In this document: piece after piece, positions 25,349 through 35,796 of the stretch
Layout of the letters: every line of letters begins with the position of its first letter
Position numbering within the stretch: the stretch's first letter is position 1
Virus record (IMG/VR): IMGVR_UViG_3300027896_000024
Span: 18,929-82,928 of that record
DNA from: a virus
DNA length: 64,000 bases
Strand: one strand, 5' to 3'
Translations under genes and position numbers: made by a program
Notes under the pieces: generated by a model
Databases searched by the model: none
Told to the model about the DNA's origin: nothing
What the model saw: only the letters and a program-made list of their open reading frames with translations

Positions 25349-27117
25349 TTGAGTTTACGGAACTGTACATTGCGAGGTTTCTATCTTTCGGCGGAGAGTA
25401 CACGATAAAGCTAAATAAACGCGGCCTAGTCCTCGTACAGGGCATAAACGAAGACGACCCGAATCTAGACTCCAATGATGCAGGGAAGTCAAATCTGCTT
25501 TCGGCTATCACCTGGGTGTTATTCGAGAGGTTGTCTAAGACTCTCATGAAAAACCACGGGGACGATGTTGTAAACAAAGGCCAGATAGATTGTATGGTGT
25601 CTATCAAATGGAGAAACGGTGCCAAGGAGTATTCCGTACAACGCTTTCGGAAACATAGTACGCAAGGGAATTCCTGTCAGCTATCTGGTAAGAGCGGAAC
25701 AAAATCGGCCACAAATGAGGACATAGTCAAGGCGTTGGGGATGACTTATGAGATGTTTCTGCGCTCAGTATTCTGGCCACAAAATACGTCAGTCCGTCGA
25801 TTAACAGAGTTGCGGGATTCGGACTACAAGGAACTGTTCGATGAGCTGGTGAATACGCAGCACTATGAGGACAAGCGGCTCAAAGTAAATATGCGTTTGA
25901 AAGATATTCAAGATCAGCTTGTATCCCTGGGTACTGATGTATCGGTGAAAGAGGGATTGGTTATTGCTTGCGATGAAGACATTGCGTTTATCCAAAAGGA
26001 GTTTGATACTCTTAAGGGAGTCAATGTCAAAAAGATCGAGCGCCTGATATCCCAGTTAACTATGGCGGAAAAGAAACTGGCTGATGACCGGGATATGTTT
26101 GCGAATGCGTCGTCAGAATATCTTAGGAAAACCTATCAGTTCAAAACGAAGATGGCGGATTACAAGGGATTGCTGGCGCATTTCCGTCACTTGCAACAAG
26201 GTCTGCGAGTTAAAAAGTGCAATGAATGCGGCCAAGTGCTTGCATCGAAGTTGTCTGTCGATATGCTTACACGAAAACGGAAGGATGCCAAGGCTGCTGC
26301 GTTGTTTGCCATGAACGAAGTGAAGGACCTAAAATCGGATCTGTTAAGCGCGCACAAAACCGTCATGGACAAGAACCAGGCAATCGAGGCCCAAGAGCGG
26401 GCAATCCAAACCATACAAGGAGCCATCGAGCCTATCATGCCCGAGGGCTTTATATGCGATTCTGCGGGTTTCCAACAGCTTACCGCCGCTTTTCGCCTCA
26501 AAGAAGCCGCCCAAGGGCGTCTGAGGGCAAAGGAAGGGCAAAAAACCGCCCTTTTAAGCGATCTCAATACCCTGAAATCACGGGAATCTAAGCTGCTCCT
26601 GCGCCAGTCCCGCTTTTCCTTGCTCGACCAAGCTTATGGCCCGGGTGGCCTGAGGACGCTCCGACTGATGCGACTCACGCCCCAGTTGAATCGTTACGCG
26701 GATGAATACTCTGCTAAACTTGTCGAAGGGTTGTTGAAAGTGCAGTTCTCCACGACGACGAAATTAAAAGGCGGGGACATCAGGGAGAAGTATGAGATCT
26801 TGGTGTACCGAAATCCTGAGATCGATTTCTCGTTGTCGGGTGGCGGGATGAAACGTAGGGCGGATATCATTGCTGCATTTGCCCTGGACAAGCTAAGGAA
26901 GAAGTTAACTGGCAAGGATATTAACATCCGGGCGTACGATGAAGCAACGGACGGCGTAGACGGACTTGGAGAGTTATCCATATTGGAATTGCTCAGGGAG
27001 GAATGTCCGGGAACGACATTGTTTGTTTCTCACAAGGCATATGTTGACGCAACGATGTTCGATGACACGATAACCGTCCGCCGGCGCGATAACGCCTCGA
27101 CAATAGAGGAATCATGA
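25345..27117 (+). CDS. SbcC/Rad50 ATPase
   Basis: SNDAGKSN, coiled coil with CNEC zinc hook, LSGGG, YDEATDGVD, VSH. Confidence 0.88.
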   Translation: MIEFTELYIARFLSFGGEYTIKLNKRGLVLVQGINEDDPNLDSNDAGKSNLLSAITWVLFERLSKTLMKNHGDDVVNKGQIDCMVSIKWRNGAKEYSVQRFRKHSTQGNSCQLSGKSGTKSATNEDIVKALGMTYEMFLRSVFWPQNTSVRRLTELRDSDYKELFDELVNTQHYEDKRLKVNMRLKDIQDQLVSLGTDVSVKEGLVIACDEDIAFIQKEFDTLKGVNVKKIERLISQLTMAEKKLADDRDMFANASSEYLRKTYQFKTKMADYKGLLAHFRHLQQGLRVKKCNECGQVLASKLSVDMLTRKRKDAKAAALFAMNEVKDLKSDLLSAHKTVMDKNQAIEAQERAIQTIQGAIEPIMPEGFICDSAGFQQLTAAFRLKEAAQGRLRAKEGQKTALLSDLNTLKSRESKLLLRQSRFSLLDQAYGPGGLRTLRLMRLTPQLNRYADEYSAKLVEGLLKVQFSTTTKLKGGDIREKYEILVYRNPEIDFSLSGGGMKRRADIIAAFALDKLRKKLTGKDINIRAYDEATDGVDGLGELSILELLREECPGTTLFVSHKAYVDATMFDDTITVRRRDNASTIEES

Positions 27118-27285
27118 AAGGGAGTCGAGTAAATCAGTTTCCTATTCCGAACCATTGCAACTGGTGTTGTATATTTGTTACCCAGCTTATCCGGAAGTTC
27201 ATAGAGGGTAACAGTAAGTCAGTCATACTTTCGTTATGTAATACCTGTCACGAAAAGAAGGTATGGCAAGGCAGACTGGACATAT

Positions 27286-27723
27286 ATGGTGGATCAGTTT
27301 AGAGGTAGATACTTTTTTCTATCGAACTTCTATCCCGCAACTGTCAAGTTTGAGGGATTAGTGTATCCGACAGCGGAACATGCCTACCAAGCAGCCAAAA
27401 CGGATTTCGCTGACGACCGCAGGAAAATAAGGGAGCTTCCGACTCCTGGTCAAGCGAAGCGTGCTGGTGGCCGGCATGGTTTCATTTCAATATCGCCGGA
27501 TTGGGATTCCCGAAAAACAATAGTTATGGAAGAGATTGTATATCTCAAGTTTTCTAGGCATCCGTCACTAGCCAAGTGGTTATTGGATACAGGAGAGGAA
27601 AAGCTAGTTGAGGGTAATTACTGGGGCGATACGTATTGGGGCGTTTGCAATGGTAAGGGCCAAAATCATTTGGGCCGCATCCTGATGAAGGTCAGAGCCA
27701 GGTTGAAGGAGCAAAATGAGTAA
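27286..27723 (+). CDS. NADAR family protein
   Basis: FLSNFY, TAEHAYQAAK, KF..H, LVEGNYWGDTYWG, GQNHLGRILM. Confidence 0.88.
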   Translation: MVDQFRGRYFFLSNFYPATVKFEGLVYPTAEHAYQAAKTDFADDRRKIRELPTPGQAKRAGGRHGFISISPDWDSRKTIVMEEIVYLKFSRHPSLAKWLLDTGEEKLVEGNYWGDTYWGVCNGKGQNHLGRILMKVRARLKEQNE

Positions 27724-28123
27724 ATCAAATTGGAAAGGCAGTGAACGCAAGGCAGCCAAGTTGTTTCCCGGAGGTAGTCGTCGTCTTCGCATGGGTGCGT
27801 TCTCGTCCATGGTTTCGGCGGACGATATTCGGTTTGAATGGTGCAAGGAGATAAAGCTGGGTAACCGAATTGTGAAGGTTCCCCGGGTTAGTGCCAAGCC
27901 AGGAGTGTATGTGGATGTCAAGAAAAAGGCGACCACGTCCCTGGTTACGGAGTTCGACGCGATGGAAGAAAAGTACTGTACTTCCAAATATGGTGGCCGG
28001 ATGATATTGATTACGCACAAGAAAGGGGACAGCCGACAGCTTGTTACCATGTCCGACGAGTTCTTTAAAGAAATGTTCGATGCGTGGTATACCCGGCACA
28101 TATCGGAACACAGGAGGGTGTAA
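27716..28123 (+). CDS. putative Holliday junction resolvase (PD-(D/E)xK)
   Basis: WKGSERKAAK, DD, VDVKK. Confidence 0.4.
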   Translation: MSKSNWKGSERKAAKLFPGGSRRLRMGAFSSMVSADDIRFEWCKEIKLGNRIVKVPRVSAKPGVYVDVKKKATTSLVTEFDAMEEKYCTSKYGGRMILITHKKGDSRQLVTMSDEFFKEMFDAWYTRHISEHRRV

Positions 28124-28124
28124 C

Positions 28125-28310
28125 ATGGAGGAGATACTCCAGGAAATTCGGAAGTTATCATTCGTTTTGGAAGACTTAGCTGACGTTCACGAGCAAGTCA
28201 GTGAGGGCGAATCGAAAGTATTGTTTCATGGTGTTGTCCGATATGCTGAAAGCATCCGGAACGAGGCGTATTTAACAGAGTTAGCATTATCGCGGATAAG
28301 GAGGGAATAA
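28125..28310 (+). CDS. hypothetical protein
   Basis: GGAGGG RBS; MEEILQEIRK. Confidence 0.55.
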   Translation: MEEILQEIRKLSFVLEDLADVHEQVSEGESKVLFHGVVRYAESIRNEAYLTELALSRIRRE

Positions 28311-28891
28311 TGGCGGGAGTTCTGAAGCACAGGTTTCGTGAGGCGTTTTGTCTTATGGAGTACCGGTGCGAAAAGGGCTGTTGCATCGAGAAGATCTGGA
28401 ACAGCCGGGACGGTGTAACACCGTTCATGGTTATGAACCGAAAAACACAACACATGATGAAGCATGTCAACATGCACAAGGATTTGTACGCGCCAGGGTA
28501 CACAGTTAAGCCGAGTTGCCGGATGTTTGTCAATGCGACTCCCGAACTGGTGTTGCCAACGGCAACGGACTACGTCAATCGGAATTGGAACAGGGAAGGG
28601 CCGATGCCGATGAAGGAGGCATTCAAGACTATGAAAGATGCGGTTGATTTCTATGTCAAGGAATGGTCCAAGAATGGCACTGAACCCTGGATAGTGACAA
28701 TAGCGGACAAGGACGAGCCGAAGGGCTATTATCTCAAGGCCGGCGACATTTGTCCGTTTATCTGTCCTAAATGTCAGGCCGCGATTCAGTACGATGAGAA
28801 CATCGTGCGGTTAAAGTGTTCCTGTGGATACGAAGGCACCGCAGAGGAATTCTCGGAAACAGTACTTGAGCTCCAATCGCGAGTACAATAG
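28310..28891 (+). CDS. hypothetical protein with C-terminal zinc ribbon
   Basis: WNSRDGVTPF; CPKC..CSCG. Confidence 0.65.
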   Translation: MAGVLKHRFREAFCLMEYRCEKGCCIEKIWNSRDGVTPFMVMNRKTQHMMKHVNMHKDLYAPGYTVKPSCRMFVNATPELVLPTATDYVNRNWNREGPMPMKEAFKTMKDAVDFYVKEWSKNGTEPWIVTIADKDEPKGYYLKAGDICPFICPKCQAAIQYDENIVRLKCSCGYEGTAEEFSETVLELQSRVQ

Positions 28892-28912
28892 AGAATAAAA
28901 AGGAGCTGGAAT

Positions 28913-29284
28913 ATGATTACGATGCCGACTTGGGCTTGGATATTAATTGCGGTAATCTGGATCATTGGGATCCGGGCATTACTGCCTCGGCGTAAGATGG
29001 ACAAACAAACGTCGGAGATATATTACCTGATCTCCACTGGAACACCGGTTTCGCCGGAGCTAATGAACCTGTTAAAAGACGAGGATGATGGCCTAGCCCC
29101 AAAGTTTAGGAAGCCATTTATAAGGCGTATTGGCGAATGCCCTCGTTGTGGTACCAGGTCAAAAGAAATCCTAGTGTGTCCCATGTGCGGAGATCCTGGT
29201 TGCGTTGAGCAGTGTATTCCTGGTGGCAAGGACACGACTTGTACTCGGTGCGATTCCGAAAAAGCGGACTTTGAATCTATGTGA
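28913..29284 (+). CDS. membrane-anchored Cys-rich protein
   Basis: N-terminal hydrophobic helix, several CxxC. Confidence 0.6.
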   Translation: MITMPTWAWILIAVIWIIGIRALLPRRKMDKQTSEIYYLISTGTPVSPELMNLLKDEDDGLAPKFRKPFIRRIGECPRCGTRSKEILVCPMCGDPGCVEQCIPGGKDTTCTRCDSEKADFESM

Positions 29285-29443
29285 GCGTAGTTCCATATTA
29301 CAAACCAGTTGTATTAGACTAAGAAAGGCAGGAGACGGATGCGGGGAATCTAGGATGATCTCCGGAAAAAATGAAAGTGTTTTGACCTAACGACAAGGGA
29401 GGGCTAGGTAATACTAGCCCTTCCGAATTTATGGAGGAACACA

Positions 29444-29659
29444 ATGAGTTTCGCAACGTTGGAGAGGGCAGTACTTCATGGAGCCAGAAAGTTATTCATG
29501 AATCCGACACTTCGCAAGAAGGATATCTCGGCTTGGGCAACACAGTCAGAAAATCTGGACAAGGACGACGGAGAAGTCATGGCCTACGTCCCGGACCCTG
29601 GTGTATACGTCGTACTCAAAACAAAGTGGGATAAGCGGCCAGCCAAAAAGAAAGGGTAG
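29444..29659 (+). CDS. hypothetical protein
   Basis: GGAGG RBS, 71 aa. Confidence 0.6.
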   Translation: MSFATLERAVLHGARKLFMNPTLRKKDISAWATQSENLDKDDGEVMAYVPDPGVYVVLKTKWDKRPAKKKG

Positions 29660-29661
29660 TC

Positions 29662-29877
29662 ATGGCTGAGAATCCTGGTGGGCAACGGAAAGTAACAAGG
29701 TTGGAGTTCATTAATTCCACACCGTTCGAACAGGGGTATATCAGTTATATGCAAGCGGCATGGAATTCAGATGTCCCCGAAAGGTCCCCATATGTCGAAG
29801 GATCGCCGGCCTACAAGGCCTGGTGTGAGGGGCAGCAGCGTGCGTGCATGAACGTACAGGACGGAGATGACGAGTGA
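29662..29877 (+). CDS. hypothetical protein
   Basis: FEQGY...SPY..AWCEG. Confidence 0.55.
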   Translation: MAENPGGQRKVTRLEFINSTPFEQGYISYMQAAWNSDVPERSPYVEGSPAYKAWCEGQQRACMNVQDGDDE

Positions 29878-30176
29878 AAACAATCGAGCAATTCGTAGTG
29901 GCGCACAGTGCCTGGGCAGTCCGTAAGTTCCCGGATCAAACCACGGAAGGCATTTGTAAACACATCGAGAAGGAACTAATCGAGGTCAGGGCCTGTAACG
30001 GCAAGGACTTAGTGGAATGGATTGACGTAATCATGTTAGCCCTCGACGGGTATGGACGGAATGGTGGAACACCGGAGGCCCTGCTGCCGTTACTGGACTT
30101 CAAGTTAAACAAGAACATCGACAGAGTTTGGGCGGTACAAACGGATCCGAACCAGCCTGTCGAACATATCGAGTAA
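29874..30176 (+). CDS. DUF550/MazG-like dNTP pyrophosphohydrolase domain
   Basis: W...F, HIEKELIEV, EWIDVIMLALDG, KLNKN..R.W. Confidence 0.65.
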   Translation: MKTIEQFVVAHSAWAVRKFPDQTTEGICKHIEKELIEVRACNGKDLVEWIDVIMLALDGYGRNGGTPEALLPLLDFKLNKNIDRVWAVQTDPNQPVEHIE

Positions 30177-30185
30177 GGAGGCACA

Positions 30186-30437
30186 ATGCCGCGTGTCGGA
30201 GCAACTGGGAAATTCCCGGAAGGCAAGCTAAACGATTCAGACGAAGGCGAATTGAGTATTGCCATCACCGTCGAGAAGGGCACTATCCTTGTTGTGTTCG
30301 GAACGGCGACTACCTGGATTGGAATGAATCCGGATCTGGCCGACGAAATCGGACACAAGTTGATCGAACGCGCCAAGGAAGCGCGGGAGCAGTTAAACAA
30401 AGGAGTATCACTATCCAATAGGAGATTTGTCCCATGA
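30186..30437 (+). CDS. hypothetical protein
   Basis: AAGGAGG RBS. Confidence 0.6.
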   Translation: MPRVGATGKFPEGKLNDSDEGELSIAITVEKGTILVVFGTATTWIGMNPDLADEIGHKLIERAKEAREQLNKGVSLSNRRFVP

Positions 30438-30586
30438 AACAGAGAACAGTTTTGATTGAAATCGAGATATACACTTCGGCCAAAGTGAAGGACCTGAAAA
30501 CCAGGGCGCAGGAGTTCGGCATCCCGTCGGAAGGCGACAAGGTGGAGCAGGTCCAGGTCAACGTCATCCAGCAAACCAAGAAGTAA
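30434..30586 (+). CDS. 50-aa hypothetical protein
   Basis: AGGAG RBS; MKQRTVLIEIE. Confidence 0.5.
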   Translation: MKQRTVLIEIEIYTSAKVKDLKTRAQEFGIPSEGDKVEQVQVNVIQQTKK

Positions 30587-30600
30587 ACCGAAGATGGGGA

Positions 30601-30636
30601 AGGCCGGCAAGTAATTCAATCCTACCGGCCTTTTCT
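30601..30636. terminator. terminator between convergent genes
   Basis: AGGCCGG/CCGGCCT followed by TTTC. Confidence 0.55.
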
Positions 30637-30641
30637 ATGTC

Positions 30642-31004
30642 TTAGTTCGTGAGGGATTCAATAGCGGATTGGGCTTTGGCAACATTGGGGAAGTTCATCA
30701 TGTTTCCCCAAGTCCCAAGGGACCCGTCTGCGAGGATCTGTTTGTTCCCAACAAAAGCGAAAACCGTAAGGCCAGTGCGGTATCGGTTAGTCTGAATCAT
30801 TCCGATTTGCCTGGACTCGCGGAGTACCTGAATCCGCTGGACGTAACAGCTACCATCCAAGTAGCGGAATTTTTTCTTGTTTCTCCAAACCAATCTGACT
30901 TTATTTGGACTCTCTTTTCCTATCATCATATCGTGTGTCCTTTCTTGTCTCCATACTGACAGTCTACCATAAATCGGTAGGCCGAGGTCAATGGAATAGT
31001 TCAT
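30642..31004 (-). CDS. hypothetical protein (only credible minus-strand gene)
   Basis: 120-aa ORF in a gap between + strand genes, ending at the terminator. Confidence 0.5.
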   Translation of the reverse strand: MNYSIDLGLPIYGRLSVWRQERTHDMMIGKESPNKVRLVWRNKKKFRYLDGSCYVQRIQVLRESRQIGMIQTNRYRTGLTVFAFVGNKQILADGSLGTWGNMMNFPNVAKAQSAIESLTN

Positions 31005-31286
31005 CCAACAGGACAGACGAGGACAAAAGATAATGCTAGTAAGGCATTATGGGATAGGCTAAACTCGGCTTTGTCCCTGGTTAGTAGCTAGTAGAGATGT
31101 GGGAGTATAATTGGTATAGTTATCAACAGGTTAGGAAAGAAAATTTCTAGTAACTAAAAAGGGGTGGAGGCCAGATAACAGTCAAGAATAAGACTGAGGA
31201 CCAGATAACCAAGACTAGTAATTACCAGTAAACAAAGATAGTGCAATAAGACAGCAAAAGTGTAGAAAAGACGGCGGAGGGCACGT

Positions 31287-31964
31287 ATGCGGCGTAATGG
31301 CAAGTTGGGGATGAAAGCAGCGAGTAACAAGAAAACGTTTCGAAACCCGAACGCACGAACACCGATCCAGATCGAACATGACGATGCAATCATCGCGCAG
31401 GAATACCTAAAAGGAACCACGTTATACAAGATCGGAAAGGCATTGGGCATCGGAACCACAGCCGTACAACGGGCGCTGAACCGTATCCGGGCAATGTGGC
31501 AAGCGAAGATGATGCGGGCAATCACGGAACACAAAGCCGAGCAGCTGGAAAAGCTGGACCTGCTAGAGCACGAAGCTCACTTGGCCTGGAAGCGCAGTCA
31601 AGAGGACGCGATGGAAATACAAACCACAGACCGCGTTGTCAATGCGCTCAAGGGCAAGAACCCGTTGAAGGGGCCGCCCAGTAATCAAAAGCAAAGTGCG
31701 AATCAGCCTTCCGGAACAAAAGCCAAACAAATAGATAAGACGGTCAAGGTACACGGGCAGTACGGCGACCCGAGATTCCTTAGTATCATTAAGGACTGCG
31801 TAGCCCAGCGTTGCCAGATCCTTGGACTCAATACACCGATTGCCGAGGACCCGAAGGACGCATTTGCTACACAGGATGATGTACGCAATCAAATATTGGA
31901 CCGGTTCGCGAAACTGGGACAGCCAGCACCCGATCCAAATGCACCGAAAGTAACTATCCAGTAA
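31287..31964 (+). CDS. terminase small subunit
   Basis: N-terminal HTH (TLYKIGKALGIGTTAVQR), GDPRFL..RCQILGL; upstream of TerL. Confidence 0.65.
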   Translation: MRRNGKLGMKAASNKKTFRNPNARTPIQIEHDDAIIAQEYLKGTTLYKIGKALGIGTTAVQRALNRIRAMWQAKMMRAITEHKAEQLEKLDLLEHEAHLAWKRSQEDAMEIQTTDRVVNALKGKNPLKGPPSNQKQSANQPSGTKAKQIDKTVKVHGQYGDPRFLSIIKDCVAQRCQILGLNTPIAEDPKDAFATQDDVRNQILDRFAKLGQPAPDPNAPKVTIQ

Positions 31965-32072
31965 AGGAGAACTTTATGTGGTTCGTATTTGGTTTACTCG
32001 TCGGACTAGGCCTTGGGTTGTACGGGATGTACATGCTCGTGAAAAAGGGCATAGTCAAAACCTAGGAGGCCT

Positions 32073-32210
32073 ATGGCGTACATGGGTTTCAAGAAGCTAG
32101 CGAAAAAGGTGGGCAGCAAGAAGCTAGCTGCCTGGATTGGGCGAAAGAAGTACGGAAAGAAGCGGTTCGCGGCCATGAGTAAAGCGGGCCGGCGCCGTAA
32201 ACGGAGGTAG
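32073..32210 (+). CDS. 45-aa highly basic peptide
   Basis: GGAGG RBS; MAYMGFKKLAKKVG...AGRRRKRR. Confidence 0.6.
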   Translation: MAYMGFKKLAKKVGSKKLAAWIGRKKYGKKRFAAMSKAGRRRKRR

Positions 32211-32211
32211 C

Positions 32212-32742
32212 ATGGATTTCGGGGCGTTATGCCAGCAGTGCGGTACGGACAAGGGCAAGTACTCGTCAGCGTACTCGGGCTGGCTGCGTCCCGACCGTGT
32301 TTCCCGTATATTGGAAATGGGCATAGGGGGCGGATTCTCAATTCGCCTGTGGTTGAAGTATCTGCCTAAGGCCGAAGTGGTAGTGTTCGATAATCAGGCA
32401 TCAGCCTACAGGGACGTAATCACTCTAGGAAACATGCAGCGCGTAACGGCGTACACGGGCAATCAAACGGACCTGTTATTCCTGGAATACCTAGTAAGGA
32501 AGCACGGGCCGTTTGACGTGATAGTGGATGATGCGGGCCATGTACCTGCGGAACAGCTTGAAGCATTCACGTTTCTGTTTGAACGTATGAATCCTCGGGT
32601 GATGGGCGTACCGCGAGGGATGTACATTATCGAGGACATACCAGACCCGGTGGAAAAGCATTGGGTTAGTTTAGTCACGCATACAAAGGACATCGAGCAT
32701 TCGCTAAACACGAATGAGGTTATTGTCCGCATCAGGAGGTAG
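32212..32742 (+). CDS. class I SAM-dependent (sugar O-) methyltransferase
   Basis: GTDK, ILEMGIGGG, FDVIVDDAGH, YIIEDI. Confidence 0.75.
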   Translation: MDFGALCQQCGTDKGKYSSAYSGWLRPDRVSRILEMGIGGGFSIRLWLKYLPKAEVVVFDNQASAYRDVITLGNMQRVTAYTGNQTDLLFLEYLVRKHGPFDVIVDDAGHVPAEQLEAFTFLFERMNPRVMGVPRGMYIIEDIPDPVEKHWVSLVTHTKDIEHSLNTNEVIVRIRR

Positions 32743-32743
32743 T

Positions 32744-33019
32744 ATGGCAGTACCCGAACATGTCAAAGAAATCATGGAAGGATTCGCCAAGGTGGATCGC
32801 TTTCTGGATAAGAGCATTCCGGCCAGTGACCAGTCCGCAGGACTACACGTGGCACAACGGAAGCACGATCTCGAGGGTCGTCAGATAAACCCGGACGCGC
32901 CACTGCATCCGATCATGATGAACACACGGGTTGTCAATCAAGAACCGAATCACGCGCCTCCGTCCGCGCCTTCGTTTGTTAAGGAAGGTACGGTCGATGA
33001 TGCCAGTGACAAAACCTGA
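32744..33019 (+). CDS. hypothetical protein
   Basis: GGAGG RBS. Confidence 0.5.
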   Translation: MAVPEHVKEIMEGFAKVDRFLDKSIPASDQSAGLHVAQRKHDLEGRQINPDAPLHPIMMNTRVVNQEPNHAPPSAPSFVKEGTVDDASDKT

Positions 33020-33360
33020 AACAATAGTCACCGTCGTCTGTCCAGAGTGCGGTAAACGTACACAGAGGGCATTCCGTGAGACCTGGTCGTACTGGTGCAG
33101 TTGCGGTACAGAAGGCGCACAGGAAGTCATCGAGAATAGGGAGATCCTATGAGGGCGAACGATTTAAAAAAGAAGTATCCTGAGTTATGGGATGCGATCG
33201 AGCTGAGTGTCTTGAACGACTGTGCGTTCAAGAAAATCGAGGACAGCAAAGCCCGAGTAATTGCCAGTAATGCGGCATTTGTCACTTGCTCAGCTTTTGA
33301 CTGTTATCGGAAAGCTATCGAGAGGGTAGTCACTCGTTATCACGGAACGAAAGGGAAGCG

Positions 33361-33540
33361 ATGATAGTCAGCATTCTGATATTATTGGTAGTGGTAATAT
33401 TGGCTGTCTATGCCATCGAACAGTTCGTGTCGAATCCCAGGATCAAAAAGCTGTTGGAGTTCTTGGTGATCCTGCTCGTTATCATCTGGGCGATCAACAT
33501 GTTCGTCGGGTTCGATCACGTCTGGTTCTGGCGCAGATAG
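33361..33540 (+). CDS. 59-aa two-TM membrane protein (holin-like)
   Basis: MIVSILILLVVVILAVYAI...LLEFLVILLVIIWAINMFV...WRR. Confidence 0.5.
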   Translation: MIVSILILLVVVILAVYAIEQFVSNPRIKKLLEFLVILLVIIWAINMFVGFDHVWFWRR

Positions 33541-33909
33541 GGGAGGACTTACCATGAGGAGCGGGCCGGGGAACAAACCAACATGCAAACGCCCCAGCCC
33601 GCGTGCGTTAAGGGCACCAAGGGCCGGTAAAGGGGCGCAGTCCACCGATAAACCCGCAGCACAAGCCACAGTTTCAGAGGTTCCTGCTCTATTCGTTCCA
33701 GATCCTTGCCAGACCCGCTGCGTCCCTTGCCTAGTTTGTCATATCGGGAGGTGTATATGGGGTGTCACAAGCTAGGGCATAAGATCATCAAATCGAAACA
33801 CGGGAAGTTCCGGATACGACACATGAAAGGGAAGCCTGGAACGAAAGCCGCGATGCGAAGACGATTAGCGGCATATCACATCGCCAAGAAACGTAGTGGG
33901 AGGTAGGGC

Positions 33910-35244
33910 GTGCAGTTAAACACAAGCCAGTCAGTAGCGCAGCAAATAGGAGCCCTGCCAGAGGACGAGCGCAAGGCCATATTACAGGGCATGGATAAGA
34001 ACCAGCTATTGGCTATGCAATACGACTGGAAGATGTGGGGCCGTCCAAAGCAGTTCGCACCTGTGACGGACTGGAGTACTTGGTTAATACTCGCCGGAAG
34101 AGGATGGGGCAAAACAAGAACGGGCGCCGAATGTATCCGTCACATGATAGAGAAGGAAGGGTACAAGCGTCTGGCCCTGGTAGGTGCAACGGCAGCGGAC
34201 GCGAGGGACATATTAGTAGAGGGCGAATCAGGGATACTCGCGATCAGCCCGCCATGGTTCAGGCCTCAGTACAAGCCGAGTAAGCGCCGACTCATATGGC
34301 CCAACGGAGCCGTAGCCACAGTATTCAGTGCGGACAAGCCGGACAGGTTACGTGGGCCGAACCACGATGCAGCATGGGCAGACGAGTTAGCGGCATGGAG
34401 AAACCCGGAAGCTTGGGACATGCTCATGTTGACATTGCGCGTAGGTAAAAAGATGACGCGCGTAGTGGTCACGACCACACCGAAACCATTGCCCCATATA
34501 AAGGACCTGATAGTAAAGCCAGGCGTACATGTCACGAGAGGGACGACGTACGAGAACCTGGATAATCTGAGCCCCCGATTCAAGGAAGAGGTACTCGCAG
34601 CATATCAGGGTACACGTTTAGGCAGGCAGGAGATCGACGCCGAAATACTAGATGACGCGCCGGGTGCTTTGTGGAAGAGGTCCGAAATAGACAAGCACCG
34701 AGTGACACGGGTGCCTAAGATGGCGGATTTCCTAGCGCAGATGAAGAAGATTGTGGTGGGCGTAGATCCTGAGGCATCCAGCACGGAACAGTCAGCCGAG
34801 ACGGGTATAGTCGTATGCGGAGAAGGGCTCGACGGAGAAGGTTACGTCCTGGGCGACTTCACATTACGAGGGACGCCTGGTGTATGGGGCAAGCAAGCGG
34901 TGTCCGCGTACTACCGAATGCAAGCGAATGCACTCGTAGGGGAAGCCAATAACGGCGGAGAAATGGTGGGCTTTGTCTTGCAGCAGTCAGACAAGAACTT
35001 GCCATTCAAGCTGGTGTACGCGTCAAGGGGCAAGCAGACAAGGGCCGAACCTGTAGCGACGATGGCGGAACAAGGGCGTATACATCATGTCGGATACTTC
35101 CCGGAATTGGAAGACCAGCTATGTCAATGGACACCGGGCGCAGAGAAGTCCCCGGACAGACTCGATGCTATGGTATGGGCATTCTCAGAACTATTTGTTA
35201 CGGGCGTCCAGGGCGGCGCGCGCAAAGTAAAAGGGCATCATTAA
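33910..35244 (+). CDS. terL: terminase large subunit
   Basis: AGRGWGKT, LRGPNHDAAWADE, TTTP, VGVDP, SPDRLDA. Confidence 0.93.
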   Translation: MQLNTSQSVAQQIGALPEDERKAILQGMDKNQLLAMQYDWKMWGRPKQFAPVTDWSTWLILAGRGWGKTRTGAECIRHMIEKEGYKRLALVGATAADARDILVEGESGILAISPPWFRPQYKPSKRRLIWPNGAVATVFSADKPDRLRGPNHDAAWADELAAWRNPEAWDMLMLTLRVGKKMTRVVVTTTPKPLPHIKDLIVKPGVHVTRGTTYENLDNLSPRFKEEVLAAYQGTRLGRQEIDAEILDDAPGALWKRSEIDKHRVTRVPKMADFLAQMKKIVVGVDPEASSTEQSAETGIVVCGEGLDGEGYVLGDFTLRGTPGVWGKQAVSAYYRMQANALVGEANNGGEMVGFVLQQSDKNLPFKLVYASRGKQTRAEPVATMAEQGRIHHVGYFPELEDQLCQWTPGAEKSPDRLDAMVWAFSELFVTGVQGGARKVKGHH

Positions 35245-35284
35245 TAGTATGGAGTTAAATCTAAAGCGGAAAGGAGGTGACGTT

Positions 35285-35521
35285 ATGAGAGCTAAGATCA
35301 CGGTGCTGAAAGTGGCACACGTACCGCACAGCAAGCCGGGACTGACCAAGGTGACGTTGGAAGGGATCTTCGCGACGGATCCACGGGAAGTGGAAAACGC
35401 CGAGGCTTTGAAGGCCGACCCGAACGTCAAGCTGGAATTCGTGCTGGGCGATCCGGAGGCCTTGGCCGAACTCAAGAAGGGGCAGTCGTACTTTCTTGAT
35501 TTCACGGAAGTAAAACCGTAG
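35285..35521 (+). CDS. hypothetical protein
   Basis: AAGGAGGT RBS. Confidence 0.6.
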   Translation: MRAKITVLKVAHVPHSKPGLTKVTLEGIFATDPREVENAEALKADPNVKLEFVLGDPEALAELKKGQSYFLDFTEVKP

Positions 35522-35796
35522 GACTCGTACAATGGGGGCTTACGGGCACATGTTCGTAAGCCCTCAGGGCATTATATAAGGACATCATTAATATGGACGG
35601 GCGCGATCGAGTCCTGGAAGACGACGAAGAGGATGCCTTTAGGATATTCCATGTATTCCCAGTAAGTCAGGAAGAGGAGCATTGTTTCATCAGCCGGCTA
35701 TGCAATTGTGATCCTCGGGTAGATGTATTCGAGGAATGTATCGTGATTGTACATAACCGTTTTATCTAAGTGGCGACAAGCCGCGAAAGGAGCAGT

